Positions 9,309 through 17,911 of a stretch of DNA of 20,000 bases are shown piece by piece. Both the position numbers and the translations under genes were made by a program. Each line of letters starts with the position of its first letter. Position 1 is the first letter of the stretch. The stretch is from Candidatus Sysuiplasma jiujiangense (GTDB taxonomy: Archaea > Thermoplasmatota > Thermoplasmata > Sysuiplasmatales > Sysuiplasmataceae): the NCBI GenBank assembly GCA_019721075.1, contig JAHEAD010000013.1:50552-70551 (forward strand), in the 5' to 3' direction. The notes beneath the pieces are model-generated. The model was not told the DNA's origin. It did not search any database and was given only the letters and a program-made list of their open reading frames with translations.

Positions 9309-10505
9309 TCATCGCGCTGCGTGCAGCGCATGCTCCAGTCCGTCCATGGCCTTCTCCATCACTTCCCTTGGGGGAAGAAACACCGACCTGAAATGCATCC
9401 TCCCGTATTCGCTGTCAAATCCAGAACCGTTTACGAACAGCACATGCCCCCTGTCGAGCACATGCAGCACAAACTCCATGTCATTTTTCCAGTTCCCGCT
9501 TTCTATCTTGGGAAATATGTAAAACGCGCCCCGCGGCTTTGTCACCGAGAGGCCGTCCATTTCATTAATCCGCTTCACCGCATAATTTCTTCTTTCTGCA
9601 AGCTGCCTTACCATCTCCCTTACGTGCGTCTGCGGTCCGTTGAGCGCCGCAATCATTGCCCTCTGTGCGGGATTGCTTGCGCAGAGGCGCGCCCTGACCT
9701 GTTTCAGGAAAGCCTCCCTGAAGCCGGACAGCATTTCGCCTGCATCACGGAATATCGCGTATCCCACACGCCAGCCCGTTACCAGGTAGCTCTTGGAGAA
9801 GCCGTTGAGTATCAGCATGGGAATGTCCCTGGAAACGGAGGACGGCGAGACATGTTTCCCCTCGTAAACAAGCATATCGTAGATCTCGTCGGAAATGACA
9901 GGCAGGCCGTGCTCCCCCGCTATGTCGCATATCTCCCTGAGATCCTTCTCGCTCCAGACGGCACCCGTCGGATTGTTGGGACTGACGATCAGTATTGCCT
10001 TTGTCCCCGCGCCTATCTTTGAACGCAGGTCTGCCGTGTCAGGCCTCCAGCCCTCCTCCTCTATTGTCCTGTAGGGTACAGCCTTTCCACCGAAATATTT
10101 TGTAACGGACGAGTACGGCGGATACGTCGGACCCGGCACGAGCAGCTCGTCTCCGCTGTCAATAAGTGCCCCGAGTGCCAGCTGAATTCCCTCAGTTATT
10201 CCGGCCGTTACCACAACGTCCTCAGGTTCCACCCTGTTGCCGTTCTTCCTCCCTTCCCTTTCGCAGATGGCCTGACGCAGCTCAGGGTCGCCTTCCGAAT
10301 CGCCGTAACCGTTGTAACCGTCCAGTACCGCGTCGAACAGTGCTCTCTTGATGTGCTCCGGCGTGTCAAAATCATAGGCGTCAGGATCTCCTATGTTCAT
10401 TCTGATGACTTCCGTCCCCTCCTTCTCCAGTTTCCTGGCGGGAAGGACAATATCTCTTATTGCATACTCCATTCCGGATGCCCTTGAAGTCGCCCTGATC
10501 TTCAT
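9309..10505 (-). CDS. Class I/II PLP-dependent aminotransferase, alanine aminotransferase (AlaA/archaeal AlaAT)-like
   Basis: EYAIRDI...MNIGDP N-terminus, PNNPTG, SDEIYD, PLP-lysine motif FSKSYLVTGWRVGY, GAFYIF. Confidence 0.93.
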   Translation of the reverse strand: MKIRATSRASGMEYAIRDIVLPARKLEKEGTEVIRMNIGDPDAYDFDTPEHIKRALFDAVLDGYNGYGDSEGDPELRQAICEREGRKNGNRVEPEDVVVTAGITEGIQLALGALIDSGDELLVPGPTYPPYSSVTKYFGGKAVPYRTIEEEGWRPDTADLRSKIGAGTKAILIVSPNNPTGAVWSEKDLREICDIAGEHGLPVISDEIYDMLVYEGKHVSPSSVSRDIPMLILNGFSKSYLVTGWRVGYAIFRDAGEMLSGFREAFLKQVRARLCASNPAQRAMIAALNGPQTHVREMVRQLAERRNYAVKRINEMDGLSVTKPRGAFYIFPKIESGNWKNDMEFVLHVLDRGHVLFVNGSGFDSEYGRMHFRSVFLPPREVMEKAMDGLEHALHAAR

Positions 10506-10526
10506 GGAGGACCCTTAAGGCGGGCA

Positions 10527-10542
10527 TGATAAAATATTATCA
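10527..10542 (-). promoter_or_regulatory. TATA-like box overlapped by a 16-bp imperfect palindrome (candidate operator)
   Basis: TGATAA-AATA-TTATCA. Minus-strand TTTTATCA starts 29 nt upstream of ATG 10505. Confidence 0.55.
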
Positions 10543-10553
10543 CACTGTCCGCC

Positions 10554-12788
10554 TCAGGCGCCCCGTGCCATCAGCCTGTTCACTTTCCTGAGGGCACGGA
10601 CTGCCGGGGAGTAGCCCGAATCAAGCGAAAGGGCATTCTCAAACTGCTCTTTTGCATCCGCCAGATTTCCGGACAGCGCCAGAACGGTTCCGAGTCCGGT
10701 GGCCGTCAATGCGCTTTTTTCAAGATCCGCCGCAGCCCTCATCTCTCTCGCAGCCTCCGCGTACCTGCCGTTCTCCATCAGCATCATGGCCAGATTGTAG
10801 CGGTGCTGCCACAGCCGATCGTTCTTCAGGCGTGAAAGGAGTTCGGCGGCGAGAGCCCTGTCGCCCCTGAGATAAAGTGCTATTGCACGGTTGTTCTCTT
10901 CCGCCGGGTTCCTGAACGCTATCCCCGTGTAAAGATCGAGTGCCTCCTGGTAATTCCCCGAACGCATCTGCAGAATGCCGAGGCAGTTTGCCGCAATACT
11001 GCTGTTTCCGCCGCATTTCCTCAGAATTCTTGCTCCTTTCGAGTATCTGCCAAGCATCAGGTAGGCGGCTCCGGCGAGTTCCATCCCCGTCCGCTCCGGC
11101 AGCGACAGGCACAGCGGGATGGTTTGCTCAAACCTGGACTGCCTGAACAGGGAGGAAATAAGCCTGTATTTCCATTCCTCCGCGTCCCCTGCCGCTATTC
11201 TCTGTTCCGCTATATTTGCGGCGAGGCCGAAGTCTCCGCTCTGATATGCGAATTTCTCGGCAACCGCTGCGGAAACAGTGCTGCCTGACTGCTCCACGAA
11301 GTTTCCTTCCCGCAGGATCCTTCCGAGTGCTGCCTCCGCCTCCGCTGTCTTAATCCTGCTCAGCAGGAAGAGCGCCTGATGCCTCCGCTCGCCATCGGCA
11401 AATTCCCTGCTGAAAATATCGCAGATCTCTTCAGATGTCAGCCTTGATGCGCTCTGCGCCGTAAGCCCTGCCGCCCTGTTTTCCACCGCATGTGCATGCG
11501 AGCCGCCGCTTTCCGCCGCTTCCGCCGGGCCTTGAGCCGCTGCAGCGGCGGCAACGGATTCCTCCTGAACGGCGCCTGGTCCTTCGGCCTGTTTTCTGAT
11601 CTCCTCAAGCGTCTGCACTGCAATTTCGTTTTCCCTGTCTATTTCCAGAGCCCGTTTCGAATATGCTTCAGCCTCCCTGAGATCTCCCTGCCTGAGGTAT
11701 AGTGAGGCTACGACGCCGATGACGGCCGCCTCCTCCCTCATCTCCAGGTACTTCTTCAGTGTTTCAATCGCGCCCGGCATGTTCTGTTCCGCGAGTATCA
11801 GCCCCCTGGTTCTGATTGCACGTTCGTCCGAGGGGTTCCTTGAAATTATGCCGTCGAGCAGTGCGATTGCCCTGCCTGTTTCGCCGGTTCCGTAATACGC
11901 AAGTGAAAGATTGCGCAGCAGATCCGGATCATGGGGCGAATACCTGAGCGCCCTTTCATAGACGCGGGCCGCTTCGCCGGGCCTTCCCATGTTCTGAAGA
12001 GCAACGCCCTTGTTCTGAAGCGCCCGTCTGTGCATCGGATCAATTTTCAGTATCATGTCGTAGCATTCGATTTCGCCGGCATAATCCCCCTTCTGATAAA
12101 GTGCCGAGGCCTTCCCGAACCAGTTGTCGGCGTTCCTGCCGTTGAGTGTTATCGCCCTGTCAAACTGATCAGCCGACTCGTCATTTCTGCCTTCCCTGAG
12201 ATAGACCAGACCGCGCAGCCTGTAAACCTCCTCGGAACCGGGTTTGAAATCTGCGAGGAGATCAAGCGTCTTGATGACCTCGCCGAAGTCACCTGCATCG
12301 AATCTCCCTCTCGCGTACATCATCATGTCCCTGAAGCGCCTCTCTTTCTCGTCTCCCTTTCCGCCTCTGCCCGCGGCTGCAGCCGCATTACGCCTGTCTT
12401 CCGTGTAGTCTGCCGTTTTCGACGCGAGTCTGACGAATGCCTCTCCCGTCACGGCTCTGTCAACTGCCGCCCTGTCAAAGTCCAGTTTTTCTGCTGACAG
12501 AACGATGACAGTCCTGCCTTTCCTCTTCTCCCTCCTTGCAGCGGCAGCAATACGGCGCATGTTGGCCCTGATGCCGGGAAGAAGGCAGATGACAGAGCAG
12601 TTCTTTCCCCCGCTTTCTCCGGTGAGGACGAAGCTCTCGTCATGGAACACCCTGTTCTGCACCCTGACGCCCAGAAGGGCGGCGGCGGAAGTGCATACAG
12701 AGACAAAACCGTCAAACGGCATATGCGAAAGGACCTCGGCAGCCTCAGCGGCACTGCCGTTACGGGCAGATGTATCCGAGATGCTCAA
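10554..12788 (-). CDS. Large TPR-repeat protein (about 744 aa) with an N-terminal restriction-endonuclease (Mrr)-like domain, probably inactive
   Basis: Start reassigned to the in-frame TTG at 12788, which overlaps the upstream TGA (TTGA). Canonical TPRs such as NWFGKASALYQKGDYAGEIECYDMILKIDP and ALQNKGVALQNMGRPGEAARVYERALRYSP. Ala/Glu linker, then a second TPR block at the C-terminus. The Mrr-like call is less certain than the TPR call. Confidence 0.85.
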   Translation of the reverse strand: MSISDTSARNGSAAEAAEVLSHMPFDGFVSVCTSAAALLGVRVQNRVFHDESFVLTGESGGKNCSVICLLPGIRANMRRIAAAARREKRKGRTVIVLSAEKLDFDRAAVDRAVTGEAFVRLASKTADYTEDRRNAAAAAGRGGKGDEKERRFRDMMMYARGRFDAGDFGEVIKTLDLLADFKPGSEEVYRLRGLVYLREGRNDESADQFDRAITLNGRNADNWFGKASALYQKGDYAGEIECYDMILKIDPMHRRALQNKGVALQNMGRPGEAARVYERALRYSPHDPDLLRNLSLAYYGTGETGRAIALLDGIISRNPSDERAIRTRGLILAEQNMPGAIETLKKYLEMREEAAVIGVVASLYLRQGDLREAEAYSKRALEIDRENEIAVQTLEEIRKQAEGPGAVQEESVAAAAAAQGPAEAAESGGSHAHAVENRAAGLTAQSASRLTSEEICDIFSREFADGERRHQALFLLSRIKTAEAEAALGRILREGNFVEQSGSTVSAAVAEKFAYQSGDFGLAANIAEQRIAAGDAEEWKYRLISSLFRQSRFEQTIPLCLSLPERTGMELAGAAYLMLGRYSKGARILRKCGGNSSIAANCLGILQMRSGNYQEALDLYTGIAFRNPAEENNRAIALYLRGDRALAAELLSRLKNDRLWQHRYNLAMMLMENGRYAEAAREMRAAADLEKSALTATGLGTVLALSGNLADAKEQFENALSLDSGYSPAVRALRKVNRLMARGA

Positions 12789-14479
12789 CCCTTCCCTGCC
12801 TCCCTTATCAGCTGTGCAAAATAGCGCCTCTCCTTTGCTTTGCCGAGTTCGGCCGCAAGCGCCAGGCCGGCCTTTGCCAGCCTGAGATTTGTTGCATCTT
12901 CGCCGACCGCTGTCCTGATCAGTTCCAGTGCCTCCGCACCCCTGTTCAGGGAACGCAGCTCGGCGGATATGAGCCATGCAGTCGCGGGCCAGAGAAATGT
13001 TTCTTCGCGGAAGAGTCTGAGCGCATCTGAATGGTCACCGGAGCGGGACATCATCATTCCCTTTCTGATCAGCGCGGTGCTGTTGTGCCCGTTGATCCTG
13101 AGGGCATCATCATATGCTCGCAGTGCGCCTGCGATGTCGCCCTTTTCCTCGAGCGCCATTCCTAACGCCGAAAATGTCTCGTCTGTCCATTCGTCCGCAG
13201 GCGTGACATTGATGCACTGCATCGCAGCGCCCCACATTCCAAGACTCAGATAAAATACTGAAATAAGGTTTGCACCGGACTGGATGTCGCCCACCAGCTT
13301 CTGCTGTTCCCTCAGTTCCCTTTCCCTGTCGGCAAGGCCGTACTGCGCGCATATGTTCAGCTTGAAGATAAATGCGGCTGACGACTTCGCATTGACGATT
13401 TCGCCGTCGGCAAGCTGCAGTGCCATGCCCCATTTTCCTTCATGCCAGGCAAAAACAGATTTGGCGAGATCCGCATTCTCTGTTATGCCCCTGCGCAGGC
13501 ACAGTTCAACGGCTTCATGCGCCTTCTCCCAGTCCTTCAATCTCAGCGCTGCAGTGACAGCGCCGACGAGGTCATCGCCATCGGACGGAAATCCGCCTAC
13601 TTTGAGCAGATAGCCGGAAAGTGCCTCCTGATAGCGTCCTGAAAGCATATCGACCTTCGCCCTCTTCAGCAGAAGCACTCCTTCCTCAGCGGATGCGCTG
13701 TCTTCCGTTTCCATGCTGGCATTCTGCTCCTCTGCCTGCGCTGGTCTGGAAGGTGCGGTCGCCTTCAGGTAATGCGTCCTTTCCTGTATCCGGCTGATTG
13801 CCGATTCCATATTCCTTATGCGCGATTTCAGCGCTTCGACCATGGGAAGAAGATTCTCTACGGCTGTCCCGGTTGCGCTCACAGCCGGCGTTTCGAGGCT
13901 GACGCTTGCTTTATTGTCAACGGAAGGAATTTGCGCAGAACCTGTTGCACCGGCGGAGAGCCTGCTTTCCCAGTAGGAAGCTTTCTCCACAAGGGCTCTC
14001 TTCCTGCTTTCCGAGAACCCCTCGGGAGCGAGTGGCAGGTAGAACAGCCTGGCTGCCGCCGTGTAAAGCGTTGACATGCCGCGATAGAATGAGTCATCCG
14101 CCAGGTGCGGAAAGGTTTGCTCGTAGCTTTCAAGTCTTTCCAGCAGTTTCGACACGTGCCCGAATGCAGGCAGTGCGAAATGCTCCTTCTCCCCAAGGCG
14201 CATGTGGTCAAGTATGCCGGTCATTACCGCAATCGCCGTCCTGTAACCGTCCTCCGTGTCGGGCAGGGAGGAAATAAAACTGTCAAACGGCTCAACGCCT
14301 TCTGTCAGGACGATGTCTCCGTCCGTAAGAACAGCTGCCAGCAGGCCAATAGACTGCAGCCTGAAGTAGCCGTCATCCTCCTCAGCAGTGTACCATCCGT
14401 CCCCGAGGTTGCTGTATGCACAGGAGGTGCATATCGCATCCCCGCCGAATGTTTCATCTCCACAAAGCAGGCAGCTCAT
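12785..14479 (-). CDS. TPR-repeat protein with N-terminal zinc ribbon, helical domain and coiled coil
   Basis: CLLC-x11-CTSC at the N-terminus, heptad segment LLPMVEALKSRIRNMESAISRIQERTHYL, TPRs such as TFSALGMALEEKGDIAGALRAYDDALRING. SD-like GAGGA at 14490-14486. Confidence 0.85.
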   Translation of the reverse strand: MSCLLCGDETFGGDAICTSCAYSNLGDGWYTAEEDDGYFRLQSIGLLAAVLTDGDIVLTEGVEPFDSFISSLPDTEDGYRTAIAVMTGILDHMRLGEKEHFALPAFGHVSKLLERLESYEQTFPHLADDSFYRGMSTLYTAAARLFYLPLAPEGFSESRKRALVEKASYWESRLSAGATGSAQIPSVDNKASVSLETPAVSATGTAVENLLPMVEALKSRIRNMESAISRIQERTHYLKATAPSRPAQAEEQNASMETEDSASAEEGVLLLKRAKVDMLSGRYQEALSGYLLKVGGFPSDGDDLVGAVTAALRLKDWEKAHEAVELCLRRGITENADLAKSVFAWHEGKWGMALQLADGEIVNAKSSAAFIFKLNICAQYGLADRERELREQQKLVGDIQSGANLISVFYLSLGMWGAAMQCINVTPADEWTDETFSALGMALEEKGDIAGALRAYDDALRINGHNSTALIRKGMMMSRSGDHSDALRLFREETFLWPATAWLISAELRSLNRGAEALELIRTAVGEDATNLRLAKAGLALAAELGKAKERRYFAQLIREAGKG

Positions 14480-14553
14480 CGATATTCCTCTTCCAGCCTC
14501 AATTTATTCCCGGTGTGATTACAGTGACTCAGCGGTTTATTATCGGCATGGTG

Positions 14554-14566
14554 CTTAATAATTATT
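14554..14566 (-). promoter_or_regulatory. Putative TATA box for the TPR gene pair (leadered transcript)
   Basis: GGAATAA-TTATTAAG on the minus strand, about 80 nt upstream of ATG 14479, which has an SD-like site. Confidence 0.5.
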
Positions 14567-14580
14567 CCAACTGAATTTCA

Positions 14581-14593
14581 ATAAGAATAAAAA
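14581..14593 (-). terminator. Putative oligo-U archaeal terminator after elp3
   Basis: TTTTTATTCTTAT, 12 nt after the elp3 stop codon. Confidence 0.45.
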
Positions 14594-14605
14594 GCCGGCT
14601 GCGTC

Positions 14606-16141
14606 TCAAAGCTGTTTTCCGAGATAGAAGGAGTCATTGCAGTATCCGAGCTTTCTGTAATATTCCCTCACTCCGACACCGCTGGTTACCCTTATGCTTC
14701 TGTAACCTGCATCCCTTGATATCGACTCGGCCTCCTCAACCAGTCTCATTCCATAGCCCCTGTGCTGCCAGTCCGGGCCATGCCCTTCCCCGACAGGAAC
14801 GACCCTCCCGAATACCTTCAGCTCCCTTATATACGACGGACCTGTCTCCGGCAGCCTCAGCCGAAGGTAGCCTACAATCGCATCGTCACATTCGAACGAT
14901 ATGAAATGCTCTGTACCGAGGCTTGCCTCATATTTCATGTATTTGAGATCAACATTTCCGCGCCTTATTTCGTCCTCCGCAATACCCAGATGACCGACCT
15001 CCCTGCACCTGATGCAGTTGCAGCGCCATCCTCTCCTCTCCATCTCGTCACGCACCAGTTCCCTGAGGTTGCTCTTCTTCACGCCTGCGCTTATCATCGG
15101 TGCCGGTATGTCTCTCTGTATTCTCTGGATTCTGACATACTTCGGTATGTCCCTCTTCACTTCGGCCAGCAGCCTGACCGCCTTTTCCAGCGTATACTCC
15201 TCGTACAGTCCCTTCCGGTGCATTTCATGCAGCGGCGTCCCCTCGATTATCAGTGTGGGGTATATTTTCAGCATATCCGGCCTGAAATCGCTGTCCGAAA
15301 ACAGGCGGGTGAAATTTTCCAGCTCCATTTTATCCGTCATTCCCGGCAGTCCAGGCATCATGTGGTAGCCCACCTTCATACCGCTGTCCTTCACCCTCCG
15401 GGTGGCCTCAATCGTGCTCCCGACGTCGTGCGCCCTGTTTGCCCTTTTCAGTATTTCGTCAAATATGCACTGCACGCCGATTTCGACCCTTGTGGTGCCC
15501 AGCCTCAGCGAAAGCTCTATCTGTTTCCGGCTGAGCTGATCAGGCCTTGTTTCCACCGTCATTCCTATGCATCTGTTGGCGCCCTTCTCATTGGCGGCAT
15601 GCGCCTCCTCTATGGATTTCGAATCGAAACCGTTCATTGCATCAAATGCCCTTCTGATGAACCACTCCTGGTACTCCTCAGTCCTTGCAGTGAATGTTCC
15701 GCCCATAATGATGAGGTCAATCTTGTTTGTGGAGTGCCCTATCGCGTTCAGCTGCTCAATTCTCGATTTCGCCTGCCTGTAGGGGTCGAAATCGTTCATT
15801 CCCGCTCTCCTCGCCGCGGGCTCCTTGCCGGTGTACGCCTGGGCCGAATTGTTGTCAACCCCTCCGGGGCAGTATATGCATGTCCCGTGAGGGCAGGTGT
15901 AGGGCGATGTCATTATTGCAACAGACGCTATACCGCTGATTGTCCTAGACGGCTTGAGCCTCACTATCGGCAGGACCTTTTCGAATATTTCAGGAGGCGT
16001 TCTGCTGAGTATGTCCGAATTCGGTGGTATGGATTCCAGGCTGTATTTTCTGCAGAGCTGGATCTTCCGCCGCTCGAACGACTGCGCATCCGTTATTCTG
16101 TCGGACCTTATGTCCTCCATGAGTTCGCTGTAATAGTCCAC
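14606..16141 (-). CDS. elp3: Elp3 tRNA uridine(34) acetyltransferase / 5-carboxymethyluridine synthase (radical SAM + GNAT)
   Basis: KPSRTISGIASVAIMT, CPHGTCIYCPGG Fe-S motif, MGGTF, ETRPD, VEIGVQ, LKIYPT, RIQRDIP, CIRCREV, IRELKVFG, WQHRGYG, SGVGVREYYRKLGY. Start is GTG 16141 (preferred from TATA spacing) or TTG 16150. Confidence 0.97.
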   Translation of the reverse strand: MDYYSELMEDIRSDRITDAQSFERRKIQLCRKYSLESIPPNSDILSRTPPEIFEKVLPIVRLKPSRTISGIASVAIMTSPYTCPHGTCIYCPGGVDNNSAQAYTGKEPAARRAGMNDFDPYRQAKSRIEQLNAIGHSTNKIDLIIMGGTFTARTEEYQEWFIRRAFDAMNGFDSKSIEEAHAANEKGANRCIGMTVETRPDQLSRKQIELSLRLGTTRVEIGVQCIFDEILKRANRAHDVGSTIEATRRVKDSGMKVGYHMMPGLPGMTDKMELENFTRLFSDSDFRPDMLKIYPTLIIEGTPLHEMHRKGLYEEYTLEKAVRLLAEVKRDIPKYVRIQRIQRDIPAPMISAGVKKSNLRELVRDEMERRGWRCNCIRCREVGHLGIAEDEIRRGNVDLKYMKYEASLGTEHFISFECDDAIVGYLRLRLPETGPSYIRELKVFGRVVPVGEGHGPDWQHRGYGMRLVEEAESISRDAGYRSIRVTSGVGVREYYRKLGYCNDSFYLGKQL

Positions 16142-16163
16142 GGACCGCAATTGCGTCTCACAG

Positions 16164-16171
16164 TATTTTAA
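16164..16171 (-). promoter_or_regulatory. Putative TATA box for elp3 (leaderless GTG start)
   Basis: TTAAAATA starting 30 nt upstream of GTG 16141. Confidence 0.55.
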
Positions 16172-16232
16172 CCCAATTGTCCTGCGTCCGCCGGCAGCCG
16201 CTTCAGTCTGACAGGACGTCTCCCGGAAATCA

Positions 16233-17126
16233 TTACTGTTTTCTCCTCTGGAATTTCCTGATCAGGGAGGATGACGACGCGTAAACCAGAATTGCACCGA
16301 CGACGGACAGGAACGGTATCAGATACATCACCGCCGCCACCTTGAAGCCGTCGTCTCTGTATCTTGTGCCCAGTCTCCATATTCCAAGCAGCAGACCGAT
16401 GAGTCCCAGAAGCAGGAAGACCACGAGCACCAGCAGCATTGCAATCAGAAGTATCAGTCCTCCGGGAGTGTTAAAAAGTCCGGGTACGGCTGAAAACAAA
16501 ACCACTCCCGCTGCTGCGATTACGCCAATTATCATGAGCATGACGAGTTTTGCCGGCGTCGTGAACCTGCTGTCCGTTCCGGACAGTATGCTGAATGCGG
16601 ACCACGCAAGAAAAATTGAATAAATCTCCAGCGCCAGTTCGGCTATGGCGGCAAATCCTACAGCGATTGTCAATCCGCCAATCAGACCAGTCCTTCCCGG
16701 ACCGAAAAAAAGCGGGAAACTCAACCCGGCCGTTGACAGCAGCACCATCGATGCCGCAAGTTCTATCATTCCGATCAGTCCGAAGAGTTTCATCTTGCGA
16801 AGCACGCTGAAATCAGCATCTGACGGCGGGATCGCGACGAACCGGCCGTCCGGAGACACATTCGCATAACTGCTGTTTCCGTACCCCTGCGCCGGAGAGA
16901 CTGCAGCGGCCTCCGGAACAGGTGCCGCAGACCCCGGCCCCGGCCGGACAATTACGGCTCCGCATGCGGGACAGAGGGCAACAGACGTCTTTGGCAGCTG
17001 TTTGCCGCACGACTGACAGTAGCGCACGCTGTCTTCCAGTTTGCTTCCGCAGTTTTTGCAGAATGACGAACCGGGTCCGTTCACAGTTCCGCAACTGCTG
17101 CAGTTTATCTCTCCGACGACAGGCAT
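16233..17126 (-). CDS. Double zinc ribbon + Pro/Ala linker + DUF973/DUF996-like membrane domain protein
   Basis: CSSC...CKNC...CQSC...CPAC followed by about 5 TM helices, with a GIWRLGTRY...FKVAAVMYLIPFL signature. Confidence 0.8.
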   Translation of the reverse strand: MPVVGEINCSSCGTVNGPGSSFCKNCGSKLEDSVRYCQSCGKQLPKTSVALCPACGAVIVRPGPGSAAPVPEAAAVSPAQGYGNSSYANVSPDGRFVAIPPSDADFSVLRKMKLFGLIGMIELAASMVLLSTAGLSFPLFFGPGRTGLIGGLTIAVGFAAIAELALEIYSIFLAWSAFSILSGTDSRFTTPAKLVMLMIIGVIAAAGVVLFSAVPGLFNTPGGLILLIAMLLVLVVFLLLGLIGLLLGIWRLGTRYRDDGFKVAAVMYLIPFLSVVGAILVYASSSSLIRKFQRRKQ

Positions 17127-17150
17127 CCTGCAGTCTATTGACGTGCTTCT

Positions 17151-17158
17151 TTATTAAA
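17151..17158 (-). promoter_or_regulatory. Putative TATA box for the zinc-ribbon membrane gene
   Basis: TTTAATAA starting 32 nt upstream of ATG 17126. Confidence 0.6.
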
Positions 17159-17239
17159 TGTGTCAGCCTGATCCTGCATGCCGGAATAGCACAGATCTCG
17201 AAACGGTTAACTGGAGGTCAGACAATCCGGTTGCATATC

Positions 17240-17755
17240 ATGGCGGATGAACTGAGAATAAGGAGAAGGCACAGACTCAGGCAGAAAGAGATTTCATCCC
17301 TCGCTTCTGACCTGGATGGAAAATTCGGAACGGTGACATTTTCGGATGCCGATCCTGTCGAAATGGCCGAAGTTTACGGCCTTGAACAGAAAGTCTACAT
17401 ACTGAACAATGAGATCATTGCAATCGACATTGAGAATTCGCCCTTCCTCTCTCTCAACGGGCTGCTCAGATTCGGCTCAACCCGTCTCTATCTCACTGTG
17501 GATTCCGGCGCTGTCAAATTTGTGGTCAACGGAGCTGATATCATGGGACCGGGCGTCCTGGACGGGGACAGAAACATTACAAAGGGCCAGACGGTCTGGA
17601 TACGTGAGGAGAAATACGGAAGGCCCCTCGCAATAGGCAGGTGCATCGTGGACAGCTCACTCTTCGGAAGAAAAGAGAAGGGAAAATATGCCGAATCACT
17701 CTTTCATGTCGGAGACAGGCTCTGGAAGCTGAATGAGGCGATAAGCAGACAGTGA
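17240..17755 (+). CDS. DUF1947 + PUA domain RNA-binding protein (archaeal MCT-1/Tma20-like)
   Basis: MADELRIRRRHRLRQKE start, VDSGAVKFVVNGADIMGPGV PUA motif, PLAIG, KGK...FHVGDRLW. Start reassigned from 16922 to the in-frame ATG at 17240. Confidence 0.92.
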   Translation: MADELRIRRRHRLRQKEISSLASDLDGKFGTVTFSDADPVEMAEVYGLEQKVYILNNEIIAIDIENSPFLSLNGLLRFGSTRLYLTVDSGAVKFVVNGADIMGPGVLDGDRNITKGQTVWIREEKYGRPLAIGRCIVDSSLFGRKEKGKYAESLFHVGDRLWKLNEAISRQ

Positions 17756-17911
17756 TGCGCCGGCGGCGAAACAAAATCCCATCAGGCGGATGCAGCTCAT
17801 TTTTGGAGGCTTGGCGTATCCGTCTCTGAACGTGATGTATTTAATAGAATAAGCAGTCAGGTAAGCGCAGGGCTGTGAATTGAATTGAAACCTGGAATCA
17901 GGCGTCATGGC

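Noticed and set aside
9168..10022. 284-aa plus-strand ORF and the other short antisense/overlapping ORFs (e.g. 2794-3492, 11931-12497)
   Set aside because: They lie opposite well-supported genes and have no domain signatures.
12789..12977. N-terminal 63-aa extension of the 807-aa TPR ORF
   Set aside because: Overlaps the upstream TPR gene's coding sequence. TTG at 12788 with a TTGA overlap is the more plausible start.
14762..16171. 469-aa plus-strand ORF
   Set aside because: Antisense shadow of the clearly conserved elp3 gene; no recognisable motifs.
16922..17239. N-terminal extension of the PUA ORF (277 aa)
   Set aside because: Overlaps the divergent zinc-ribbon gene and its promoter; family similarity starts at ATG 17240.
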